NCBI GenBank assembly: GCA_964572735.1
Contig: CAZNHE010000007.1
Coordinates: 7,492 to 71,491, forward strand
DNA: 64,000 nt
Reading direction: 5' to 3'
Origin: an uncultured Chitinophagales bacterium
Lineage (GTDB): Bacteria > Bacteroidota > Rhodothermia > Balneolales > DATFMH01
The notes below the pieces were generated by a model, which worked only from the letters and a program-made list of their open reading frames with translations, was not told the origin of the DNA and ran no database searches. This document shows positions 38,091 to 47,096 of this stretch, piece by piece (positions within the stretch are counted from its first letter, which is position 1; every line of letters starts with the position of its first letter). Both the position numbers and the translations under genes were made by a program.

Positions 38091-38150
38091 CAACAGACAA
38101 CAGACAACAGACAACAGACAACAGACAACAGACAACAGACAACAGACAAC
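38091..38150. repeat. Tandem heptanucleotide repeat (CAACAGA) x 8.6, perfect
   Basis: Read directly: eight perfect CAACAGA units plus CAAC. The array ends 4 nt before the GTG start of anmK. Confidence 0.97.
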
Positions 38151-38154
38151 CCTC

Positions 38155-39339
38155 GTGAATCGTAACGTCGATAAACTCCGGGCAATTTCGGAAAAGGGGA
38201 AATGCCGCGTAATCGGGCTGATGTCGGGCACTTCGCTTGATGGGCTTGATATTGCTTTATGCGGGATCACCGGCTGCGGCAGATCGACCGGAGTCAATCT
38301 GGAGCAATTCACGACAGTGGCATATTCCCGTTCTCAGAAGGAAAAACTGCGTGAGGTGGTCTCGGTCGGGGATGTGAATTACGAACGGTTTTGCGTGCTG
38401 AACGCGTGGCTGGGAACATTATACGGAAAGATGGTACTGAATACGCTGGGGGAATGGCAGGTACCGGTTGATTCGATAGATTTCATTGCGTCCCACGGAC
38501 AGACAGTCTGTCATGCACCTGCGTGGAAGCATCAGTTGCCGTCTATGCCTAATGCCACTTTTCAGATCGGAGACGGAGATCACATCGCCGTGCAAACGGG
38601 TATCCTGACCATCAGCGACTTCCGCCAAAAACATATTGCTTCTGGCGGAGAAGGGGCTCCTCTGGCCGGTTATATCGATGAACTTCTTTTTTTCAAAGAA
38701 GGCAGGCGCCGGATTTTGTTGAATATCGGGGGGATTGCCAATTTTACCCTTCTCGACGGTGTGCAGGCCGGCAAACCCAAGCTGATTACCGATACCGGAC
38801 CGGGAAATACGCTTATCGACGGAGCCGTACACCACCATTTTCCCGACTGTGATTATGATAAAGATGGCGCCATCGCAAAAACAGGAGCAGTCTCGGAGGA
38901 ATTGTTGGACATTTTGAAAAGCGACCCCTTTTTCAGCCGTCCATTACCAAAATCGACCGGCACCGAATACTTCAGCCGGGCATTTGTCGATCGCGCGCTT
39001 GAGCAAATGAAAGAAGAAATTTTCCCTGCTGATCTCGTCGCCACACTCACCCGGCTCACCGCCGATACCATTGTGCAGGCCATCCGGAAAGCGAATGGCG
39101 CCCAATCCTGCGAGTTATACGTAAGCGGCGGCGGATATCACAATCCCGTCATTATGAATCTGCTGCAGGAACAACTCCCCCATTCCCGGATCATTCCGCC
39201 CGAACAACAGGGATTCAACCCCGATGCCAGGGAAGCCGTTATCTTCGCTGTTCTGGCCAATGAAACGCTCCGCGGAAAGGGCATTCATCTTTCCGACGGA
39301 CGGGTGGTTACTCTTGGAAAGGTTTCGTTCCCAGGGTAG
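38155..39339 (+). CDS. anmK: Anhydro-N-acetylmuramic acid kinase
   Basis: GLMSGTSLDGLD near the N-terminus, plus the NIGGIAN, DTGPGN and SGGG blocks of AnmK. It has a GTG start, and no other canonical start lies in frame upstream. Confidence 0.9.
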   Translation: MNRNVDKLRAISEKGKCRVIGLMSGTSLDGLDIALCGITGCGRSTGVNLEQFTTVAYSRSQKEKLREVVSVGDVNYERFCVLNAWLGTLYGKMVLNTLGEWQVPVDSIDFIASHGQTVCHAPAWKHQLPSMPNATFQIGDGDHIAVQTGILTISDFRQKHIASGGEGAPLAGYIDELLFFKEGRRRILLNIGGIANFTLLDGVQAGKPKLITDTGPGNTLIDGAVHHHFPDCDYDKDGAIAKTGAVSEELLDILKSDPFFSRPLPKSTGTEYFSRAFVDRALEQMKEEIFPADLVATLTRLTADTIVQAIRKANGAQSCELYVSGGGYHNPVIMNLLQEQLPHSRIIPPEQQGFNPDAREAVIFAVLANETLRGKGIHLSDGRVVTLGKVSFPG

Positions 39340-39723
39340 CAGACACCTTCCGGCGGGTCCGATGTCCGGGTGAACAACCCGCATTTGTCAGCTCCTGAAC
39401 AGATTTGATGGTTGCTCAAGACAAAAGAAGCTGAAAGGTCTGCGAGAAGTTGATAATGGCATTCGTATTGCGCAGGTTTACCTTCTTTCCATTACTGTTT
39501 TGGAATTTGCAGGATCGTATCTGCCTGAAAATGATTTACAGGCCTTTTTGCGACTCCGGATTTGAGGAGGCAATTGATTGGGGGCGAATTCCGTAGATAA
39601 AGCCAAAAGCCCCATATTCTGTTTATTTGGTCTGCGATTGTATATATTTTGAAAAGGTTTTTGAAGGAACCTTCCGTAAAATCAAAACCGGATAACCTGT
39701 AGCCGTTAAGATAGTGGTTGAGC

Positions 39724-40314
39724 ATGTTCCAGATACAGAATGTTCTGCTGTCAGATGACATCCCGTTCGTGAAGTTTGCCTGCGATTTGTATCGCTGCAA
39801 GGGGGCGTGTTGCGTGGTTGGCGATGCCGGAGCCCCGGTTGCCCATGAAGAAATACCGGTGCTACGAAAAGCTTACCGCGAGCTGAAGGGTGAATTGCGC
39901 GAAAGAGCAAGAGAAGTGGCGGATGACGAAGGGGTCATCCGGAATGCAAATACCGATGAGCCGGAGATTAATTGTACGGACGGGCGCGAATGCATTTTCG
40001 TGAAGTACGACCGGAACGCCACGGCTGTCTGTGCCATTCAGCAGGCCTATGAAGAAGGCCGTTTCCCATGGATGAAGCCGTTAAGCTGCCATCTTTTTCC
40101 CCTGAGGATGCAAACGATCGGCGGGATGGATTTTGTTAATTATCAGTACATACCCTCGCTATGTTCCGCTGCCTGCGCAAGAGGCGAAAAGGAAGGAATT
40201 TATCTGTCGAATTTTCTCCGGGACGCTCTTATACGCCGGTACGGTCACGGGTGGTACGATGAATTCAAAGCAGCCTGCGAGCACATCCGCTCCCAGAAAC
40301 CCACAACAGCATGA
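39724..40314 (+). CDS. DUF3109 family protein (Cys-rich)
   Basis: MFQIQNVLLSDD...FACDLYRCKGACCVVGDAGAP matches the DUF3109 N-terminal pattern. I chose the ATG at 39724; the ORF track uses the TTG at 39718. The stop overlaps the rpoN start. Confidence 0.7.
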   Translation: MFQIQNVLLSDDIPFVKFACDLYRCKGACCVVGDAGAPVAHEEIPVLRKAYRELKGELRERAREVADDEGVIRNANTDEPEINCTDGRECIFVKYDRNATAVCAIQQAYEEGRFPWMKPLSCHLFPLRMQTIGGMDFVNYQYIPSLCSAACARGEKEGIYLSNFLRDALIRRYGHGWYDEFKAACEHIRSQKPTTA

Positions 40315-41798
40315 TATCCTCAGGTCAATATCTGGCGCAAAAGCAGTCTCTGCAGCAACGCCTGTCGCCGCAGCAGATCCAGTATATCAAGCTGTTGCAG
40401 CTTCCAACCCTCGCTTTCGAGCAGCGCGTGAAGGAGGAGATGGAGGAAAACCCGGTTTTGGATGAAGGAGAGGATGAGTTCGCTAAGGCAGATGCAGATA
40501 CCTCTTTTGACGAGAACGGAGAAGCGGAGCCTGCCGACGCCGATGAAGATATCGACTGGGATGAGTATCTTCATGGTGACGAGCGCTCATCCTATAAGAC
40601 GGGGAACTATGATCCGGATGAGGATTGGAGGGATCTTCCGAAACCCTATCACGAGTCGCTGATTGAAAACCTCGAGAATCAGGTGTCTTTGCTCGATCTG
40701 AACGAGCGGGAACAACTGATAGCCGACCAGATCATCGGATCTATCGATGCCGACGGCTATTTCCGTCGTGATATTAATTCCCTGATAGACAGTATCGCCT
40801 TTAATGATCAGACGCTGGTGACTCTTGAAGAGGTGGAGTCGGTGCTTCACAAGATCCAACACCTCGATCCGGTAGGAATCGCCGCCCGCGACCTGCGCGA
40901 ATGCCTTATGATCCAGCTCGAGGCGCTTCCCGATGAGATCTACGGAAAGAAAGCTGCTTACGAGATTTTACAGCAGGAATGGGATGCGTTCGAGAAAAAA
41001 CACTTCGAGCGCATCCAGAACCGGCTTAATATTACAAATGATGAAATACGGGCAGCGTATAACTGCATCCAGTCTCTGGATCCGAAACCGGGAATTTCCG
41101 GTGAAGGGCTCGCAGAGGATAATCAGTACATCGAGCCCGATTTTGAGGCGTATTATGAGCCGTCGGGCAGTGACGAGCATCTGAATGGCGAAGAAGCCGG
41201 AGATTTCGTCATCACGCTCAATAACCGGAATTATCCCCAGCTGTACATCTCCCCGGATTACCGTAATATGTGGGACGAGTTGAAACACCGCAATACGAAC
41301 GAGGCCCGAAAAACAAGACGCTTTATCAAGAACAAGATCGAATCGGCCCAGTGGTTCATAGATTCCATAGCCCAGCGCCAGCGAACCCTGATGAATGTGA
41401 TGCGGACGATCGTGGCTCTTCAGGAAGAATTTTTCAAATACGGTACGGGCATCCGCCCGATGAAACTCAAAGATGTGGCCGACCGGATTAATATGGATGT
41501 CTCCACGATTTCGCGCGTGGTAAACGGGAAGTACGTGCAGACCAATTTCGGGGTTTTTGAATTAAAGTATTTCTTCAATGAAGGGGTTGAGACGGAGAGC
41601 GGCGAGGAGGTATCCAACCTGGAAATAAAGAACGCACTTCAGGATATCATCGCCCATGAGAGAAAATCGCAGCCGTACAGCGATCAGAGGCTCGTCCGGG
41701 AACTTGATAAAAGAGGATATACGATTGCCCGACGCACGGTCAGCAAGTACCGGGAACAACTCAATATACCGGTGGCCCGCCTGCGAAAGCAGTTGTAA
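40311..41798 (+). CDS. rpoN: RNA polymerase sigma-54 factor
   Basis: The region I Gln/Leu-rich N-terminus, an acidic region II, the core-binding domain, and a C-terminal HTH plus RpoN box (ARRTVSKYREQLNIP) are present. Confidence 0.95.
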   Translation: MISSGQYLAQKQSLQQRLSPQQIQYIKLLQLPTLAFEQRVKEEMEENPVLDEGEDEFAKADADTSFDENGEAEPADADEDIDWDEYLHGDERSSYKTGNYDPDEDWRDLPKPYHESLIENLENQVSLLDLNEREQLIADQIIGSIDADGYFRRDINSLIDSIAFNDQTLVTLEEVESVLHKIQHLDPVGIAARDLRECLMIQLEALPDEIYGKKAAYEILQQEWDAFEKKHFERIQNRLNITNDEIRAAYNCIQSLDPKPGISGEGLAEDNQYIEPDFEAYYEPSGSDEHLNGEEAGDFVITLNNRNYPQLYISPDYRNMWDELKHRNTNEARKTRRFIKNKIESAQWFIDSIAQRQRTLMNVMRTIVALQEEFFKYGTGIRPMKLKDVADRINMDVSTISRVVNGKYVQTNFGVFELKYFFNEGVETESGEEVSNLEIKNALQDIIAHERKSQPYSDQRLVRELDKRGYTIARRTVSKYREQLNIPVARLRKQL

Positions 41799-42140
41799 CT
41801 CCCCGGCAGGATCAATGATCAATGGGGCGCCCGTCGCCAGTTTAACGTGAGTTTGGGATAAGAAAGATGTCACCCTCCCTGAATTGTCGTGATGATGCTT
41901 TATTTTTGGGCTGCAATCACTTCATCCCTGAGAAAGATTTATGGAACAGAGGTTTCCACTCCGACAAGTCCGTTTTATTTGATTGCTGCGAAGCCATTTT
42001 CTTATAAATTTTATAAAAAGCGCACTTACATTCATGCCCGCGTTTCGTCCTTGATAGTCGAATTTCCGATTACAGAACATGAGTACGAATACATCACGAC
42101 GTGAATACAGGGATCCCGAACTCGCGTTAGTTCAATATCA

Positions 42141-43664
42141 TCATGTCAGCGAAGTGGCCAGCCTCCATACAGCGACTATCCCTGTGTTCCCGATGATCCA
42201 GCTCAGGATAAAGATTACCAGGGCGAGATACGGGAAAATCGTTTTGAACAGAAAAAAGATCTTTTTGGAGGAATGATTGTAAATATCGGTTCCTGCAACA
42301 ATAAAGCTGCTCAATAGCACGAGCACGTATAAAATCCCACAAATATAGACCAGGTAAGGCGACTGATAGGTGGCGGTGAAGGTGATAAGCAGGCTGATCA
42401 CCAGAAGATTGAGATGTTGCGGCCACAGATAGAGTGTAAGGACCTGGCCGTATTGTGAAAAATCGGGGCTGCTCACGTAAATCCATAAGCTGCCGGCCAG
42501 GTTGAATACAAGGACTCCGATAAAGGCGAGGGACAGCAGCCTCAGGTTCAATCCCTCCGAAAAACCCAGAAGAGGATAATGGGCACCTATCGCCCGAAAT
42601 CCTGTTCCGGTCGTGAAAAAATGAAGGCACGAGTAGATGAACAAACTCCCGATCAATGCCTGAATCACCAGGATGAGCACGTTGGAATGGGTAAATCGCA
42701 GTACACGTTGCACGATATCACCGATAAAAAAACGATGATACCCGAAATAACGGAACAGCGATTTCCTGTAGTTCGGCTCAAAGCCGTAATGAATGGCAAT
42801 GATTAACCAGATCAGAAGCAGGATGAGGACGGCGTATCCCGGTCTGGCAGGCGGAGGGTGTGCCACAGGATTACCAAAGACAGCCCGCGGATTGGTTGCA
42901 TAGGAGGTGAGGATGGATCTGAATTGAGGATGCGAGGTTAATGCCGCGGACAACCATTTTCCATCCAGATAAAGCACCAGCCCCGAATCTTCCCGGACTG
43001 TCTGGAAAAGAGTCTGGAGGTATGCCTGATCGTAAAAGTCTTCATCAGCAGGGTCAAAACAGATTCCCCGCGTCTGAGCCGTTATCCGGCTGTGCAGCCG
43101 GGCCGGATCGATATGCTCGTTGATTTGAAGAAGCGAAAAATCAAACAGGTGGGCAAAGATGTCTTTCTGAGAAAACTGACGGATATAAAAGACGGGTGCC
43201 CGGACCGAATCCTTCAATTGCAGTACCATCGGGGTGATCTCCCTGAGCAATTCCGCAGATCCGGTTTCCGATAATTGAAAAACTCCGTACCCATCCGGAC
43301 GGATTTCTTCGCCCGGCGACGGGAGTGGTCCGAATAGTCGCTTTTTTAGCAGTGTTTTGTGCTTTTTTAAGTCATAAGCGGTTAAAAACTGCAGGGGGGG
43401 AGCCGCAAGGATGTGTATACGTTTGACCGAGCCGGTATCCTTCCCTCCTGTGAAATAGCGGATATAACGGCTGTCCACGATGAAATGGGAGATTCCCATC
43501 TTCCGGTACTGGTTCGGCTGGATTCCGGAGAAAGATCCGTTTCGGGAGGAATTCAGATCAACCCCGAACTCCACCTGGCCGAACGCCGGGATGACACTTG
43601 CCATGAGTATCCCGGCGATCAGGTAACTGCGGAGCGTTCCGAAGAGACGAGACCGGTGCTTCAT
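42141..43664 (-). CDS. Hypothetical membrane protein (signal peptide + ~270-aa extracytoplasmic domain + ~6 TM C-terminal domain)
   Basis: A long ORF with a clear hydrophobic periodicity in the C-terminal half. It starts 24 nt downstream of the Lrp gene. No family is recognised. Confidence 0.6.
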   Translation of the reverse strand: MKHRSRLFGTLRSYLIAGILMASVIPAFGQVEFGVDLNSSRNGSFSGIQPNQYRKMGISHFIVDSRYIRYFTGGKDTGSVKRIHILAAPPLQFLTAYDLKKHKTLLKKRLFGPLPSPGEEIRPDGYGVFQLSETGSAELLREITPMVLQLKDSVRAPVFYIRQFSQKDIFAHLFDFSLLQINEHIDPARLHSRITAQTRGICFDPADEDFYDQAYLQTLFQTVREDSGLVLYLDGKWLSAALTSHPQFRSILTSYATNPRAVFGNPVAHPPPARPGYAVLILLLIWLIIAIHYGFEPNYRKSLFRYFGYHRFFIGDIVQRVLRFTHSNVLILVIQALIGSLFIYSCLHFFTTGTGFRAIGAHYPLLGFSEGLNLRLLSLAFIGVLVFNLAGSLWIYVSSPDFSQYGQVLTLYLWPQHLNLLVISLLITFTATYQSPYLVYICGILYVLVLLSSFIVAGTDIYNHSSKKIFFLFKTIFPYLALVIFILSWIIGNTGIVAVWRLATSLT

Positions 43665-43688
43665 CGTTCTGCCATCTGTCTGGGAGAA

Positions 43689-44183
43689 TCAGGTTGAAGC
43701 GCCGGCAAAGCTGTCCGGGTTGTTGGATTCGACAGGGATCTCCCGGGTTTCCTTAAAAGAAGTCAATACGACATTCGACCTGGTTCGGGTAACTCCCTTC
43801 CAGGATTGTATCTTCGAAAGCAGCCTTTCCAGTGATTCGGTGTTGTAGGTTCGGATTTTAAGGATATGTGAGCCGTCTCCGGTGATGCTGTGGCATTCAA
43901 GCACCTCCGGCTCTTTTACGGCTTTGTTAACAAAGATCGGATAATTTGCTGAACCGTCGACCTCGACAAAGATGAAAGCGGTTATGTCGATGCGAAATTT
44001 TTTGGCATTAACGACGGCATAATATCCTTCGATCAAATCTCTTTCTTCGAGCTTGCGCATCCGTTCGGAGACCGAAGGAACGGAAAGATGCACAATTTCA
44101 GCAATCTTGTTGCGCTGAGCCCGGCCGTAGCGCTGTAAATGATTTAATATCGCAATATCGATATCATCCAAATGATGACTCAT
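43689..44183 (-). CDS. Lrp/AsnC family transcriptional regulator
   Basis: LDDIDIAILNHLQRYGRAQRNKIAEIVHLSVPSVSERMRKLEERDLI is an AsnC-type HTH, followed by a RAM/ACT-like C-terminal domain. Confidence 0.9.
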   Translation of the reverse strand: MSHHLDDIDIAILNHLQRYGRAQRNKIAEIVHLSVPSVSERMRKLEERDLIEGYYAVVNAKKFRIDITAFIFVEVDGSANYPIFVNKAVKEPEVLECHSITGDGSHILKIRTYNTESLERLLSKIQSWKGVTRTRSNVVLTSFKETREIPVESNNPDSFAGAST

Positions 44184-44237
44184 TCTATAATAATTGGTGG
44201 GTTAAAAAGGGGTTTTTTAGTACTCATTCAATGATAT

Positions 44238-44252
44238 CCTAAATTATTTAGG
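44238..44252. promoter_or_regulatory. Perfect 15-bp AT-rich palindrome CCTAAATTATTTAGG upstream of the Lrp gene (candidate operator)
   Basis: Read directly. It lies 55-69 nt upstream of the Lrp start codon. AT-rich palindromes of this size are typical Lrp/AsnC sites. The function is inferred. Confidence 0.3.
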
Positions 44253-44541
44253 TTATCAAGCACAAAGTAAATTTGTAATGAACTACTTTTTGAGATAGGC
44301 TTTTTAACGTTGTTAATCCACCCTTATTTGCCTGTAGAAAAAGGAAGTATCGTCCTTTCTCGAAAGAAGGTTAAAAGAAGTACGGCGGGAAAATAGCTGC
44401 CTGCCGTTGTTCCTGTGGCACCGGGATAAATGGTCCGTGGGCGATGTTCCTGATTTTTATAGGCAGTCCGGGAATAGTTTTCACCGTTGCCGTAACAATC
44501 TTATCTTTGCTGTGCAAAAAACAGCAACCAACAAGTTCTGT

Positions 44542-45810
44542 ATGCTCGATATTCAATACATTCGTGAAAATGCCGGCCGCGTGAAGGAGGGCATGCGGCA
44601 AAAAGGGGAGGAGAAAACCGATATCGTCGATCAGGTATTATCGGTGGATGACCAGTGGCGCGAACGCACACGTGAAGTGGATGAACTGCGTCACCAAAGT
44701 AATACCCGTGCCCGGGAGATCGGCATTCTCATGGGACAGGGGAAAAAGGAGTAGGCACAGGCAATTATTCAACAGACTTCGGAGGATAAGGAGCAGATCA
44801 GGGAATTGGAGATTGCGGTTCGCCGGCTTTGGGAAGAGCGGCTGGAATTGCTGCTGCATATTCCGAATGTACCGCACGAAAGCGTTCCGGTGGGAGCCGG
44901 TGCGGAGGATAACGTGGAGCACGAGACCTGGGGAGAAAGAGCCACGGAAGAATGGCGCAAACCCCATTGGGAGCTGATCCCTGAGCATGGAGGTATTGAT
45001 TTTAAACGAGGCGTGAAAGTCGCCGGTGCCGGATTTCCGTTTTACACGGGCAGCATAGCCCGGTTGCAGCGTGCGCTGGTGAGCTTTTTCCTGAACCAGG
45101 CCGTCGCGAGAGGATACCGGGAAATGCAGCCGCCTTTTGTGGTGAATGAAGCGTCTGCACGCGGTACCGGTCAGATTCCCGACAAAGAAGACATGATGTA
45201 TACGGTGCCCAGGGATGAATTTTTTCTGATACCAACGGCCGAAGTTCCGGTGACTAACTACCATCGTGATGAGATCCTCTCCGAAGATCAGTTGCCTGTA
45301 AAGTACGCCGCATATACCCCCTGCTGGCGTCGCGAGGCCGGCTCATATGGCAAGGAGGTCCGCGGGCTCAACCGGCTGCACCAGTTTGATAAAGTGGAAC
45401 TGGTCAAAATCGTGCATCCCGATCATTCGTATGAAGAGCTCGAAACCCTGCGGGAAGATGCCGAATCCCTGCTCCGCCTGCTGAACCTGCCGTACCGGAC
45501 GCTGCTGATGTGCACCGGAGATATGGGATTTACCCAGGCGAAAAAATATGACCTGGAAGTGTGGAGTCCGGGGCAGCAACGCTGGCTGGAAGTTAGTTCC
45601 TGTTCCAATTTTGAAGCGTATCAGGCGCGCCGGATGATGCTTCGTTTCAAAAACAGCGAAGGCCGGATCGGGACCGCCCATACCCTCAATGGTTCCGCAC
45701 TTGCACTGCCCCGCGTGGTTGCCGCCATTCTCGAAACATATCAGCAGAAAGACGGGCATATAGCTGTTCCTGAAGTACTGCGGCCTTATATGAATGAGGA
45801 ATATCTGTAA
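44542..45810 (+). pseudogene. serS: Seryl-tRNA synthetase interrupted by a single in-frame TAG (codon 71); otherwise full length
   Basis: MLDIQYIRENAG is the N-terminal start of the coiled-coil arm. Class II motifs lie downstream (FRREAGS-like CWRREAGSYG, GSALALPR). The ORFs 44407-44754 and 44806-45810 are in the same frame, separated only by the TAG at 44752-44754. It could be a real nonsense mutation, a readthrough site or an assembly error. Confidence 0.85.
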
Positions 45811-45887
45811 CGGTCTGCCATACTAAACGCCGGATATCATTGACGGATGGGGTTGATCTCTTTTTCGTCGAAAATCGGGATTATCCT

Positions 45888-45922
45888 AAACTTTCCAAAA
45901 GTTTAAAACTTTTGGAAAGTTT
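45888..45922. terminator. 17-bp perfect inverted repeat between convergent serS and 45927-46889 (bidirectional terminator candidate)
   Basis: AAACTTTCCAAAAGTTT-A-AAACTTTTGGAAAGTTT, with T/A runs at both ends. It ends 4 nt from the stop codon of the minus-strand gene. Confidence 0.5.
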
Positions 45923-45926
45923 TCTA

Positions 45927-46889
45927 TCAGTCCCGGGAAGGATGGAAGTCTTGAACATTTAGATGTTGTAGTAACTGTTCATAAACCTTTATTAACCGTT
46001 GGCGAATGGGCCCGGCCTTTTCGGCCAGCATCTTTTGCTTTTCGCTGTATTCCGTCCGGCCTTCCGGTGTTTCAATCTCGATCGGTTCCAGATGATATTC
46101 CCGCAGATCATACGGACTGGCCTGCATATCAATCGTCCGGGCCTGAACCGCCAGTTCGAATGAATCAGCCAGCAGATCGCCGGGGATCCAGGGGTAAATC
46201 TTGTAGCTCCACTTATACAAATCCATGGTGACGTGCACGCAGCCCGGTTGCTCGTAAGCCAGCCGGTCGTTATGTCCGGGTTGCAAATGATTCAGCGGGC
46301 GCGCCGGTCTGGTGAAGAAACGGAAGGCGTCAAAATGGGAACAGGCGATCTGCCGGGTATCTACAAATGCGGCAATCTCGTCGGGGGAAAGACGTAACGG
46401 ATAGTAAGGGTGTCGCACCTGTTCCGTGCGATAGACCATCGCCCATTCATGTAATCCGAAACAACCGAGCCGCGGGGAACGGGATTGCACCGCCTGCAGC
46501 AACCTCAGTATCCAGCGTGTCGATTCGATTCTGTGTGTCGGAAAAGCCGACGGATCGACAGCAACCGCATCATTCAAACGTATAAACACCTCGTGATCCA
46601 GGAATCTTTCCGCTTCTTTTCCCTCAAGTAACAGGCCAATCCCCGGGCTCCAGCGGCGCAACAGAGAAGGGCGGAAGGAGTAATATTCAAAAAGAAAATC
46701 CAGCACCGGATTTTTCGCGTGACGGCTGCGTTGTGCAAGATAATCTCCCAGTAATTGGTCGATCCTTTTCTCATGACCGGCCTTCAGCCTGCGCCATTCT
46801 TTGACAGATAAGAGCTTCCAATCTTCCCCGAAAGTATTTCCAGAAACACTATTGATGGTTATCTTGTTTGTAGTTGAAAATGCGGCCAT
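45927..46889 (-). CDS. Conserved hypothetical protein (family often auto-labelled 3-methyladenine DNA glycosylase; function unverified)
   Basis: The block NPVLDFLFEYYSFRPSLLRRWSPG resembles a widespread uncharacterised family that I recall carrying that label. The ORF is long and clean. Confidence 0.65.
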   Translation of the reverse strand: MAAFSTTNKITINSVSGNTFGEDWKLLSVKEWRRLKAGHEKRIDQLLGDYLAQRSRHAKNPVLDFLFEYYSFRPSLLRRWSPGIGLLLEGKEAERFLDHEVFIRLNDAVAVDPSAFPTHRIESTRWILRLLQAVQSRSPRLGCFGLHEWAMVYRTEQVRHPYYPLRLSPDEIAAFVDTRQIACSHFDAFRFFTRPARPLNHLQPGHNDRLAYEQPGCVHVTMDLYKWSYKIYPWIPGDLLADSFELAVQARTIDMQASPYDLREYHLEPIEIETPEGRTEYSEKQKMLAEKAGPIRQRLIKVYEQLLQHLNVQDFHPSRD

Positions 46890-47096
46890 GAATCGAAAAC
46901 AATGCGTTCACTATAGTAATTGTTGCGGATCAAGACGGATAATATCAGAATATTAGAATATTTATGTCAGATTGATTCCGAATGAGCAGGTTTTCCATGA
47001 ATGTGCGTTTTTCCGTGATTATAAAAACATCCCGGTCACAGAATCGCGAGAATACATGGGAAAAACGGCATTTTACAGAGATAGATGTTTTTTTTG

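Noticed and set aside
44752-44754. The idea that TAG is reassigned to a sense codon genome-wide, which would explain the serS interruption.
   Set aside because: TAG terminates at least four well-delimited genes in this window at the expected protein ends: 22352-25438, murQ, anmK and 47189-47803.
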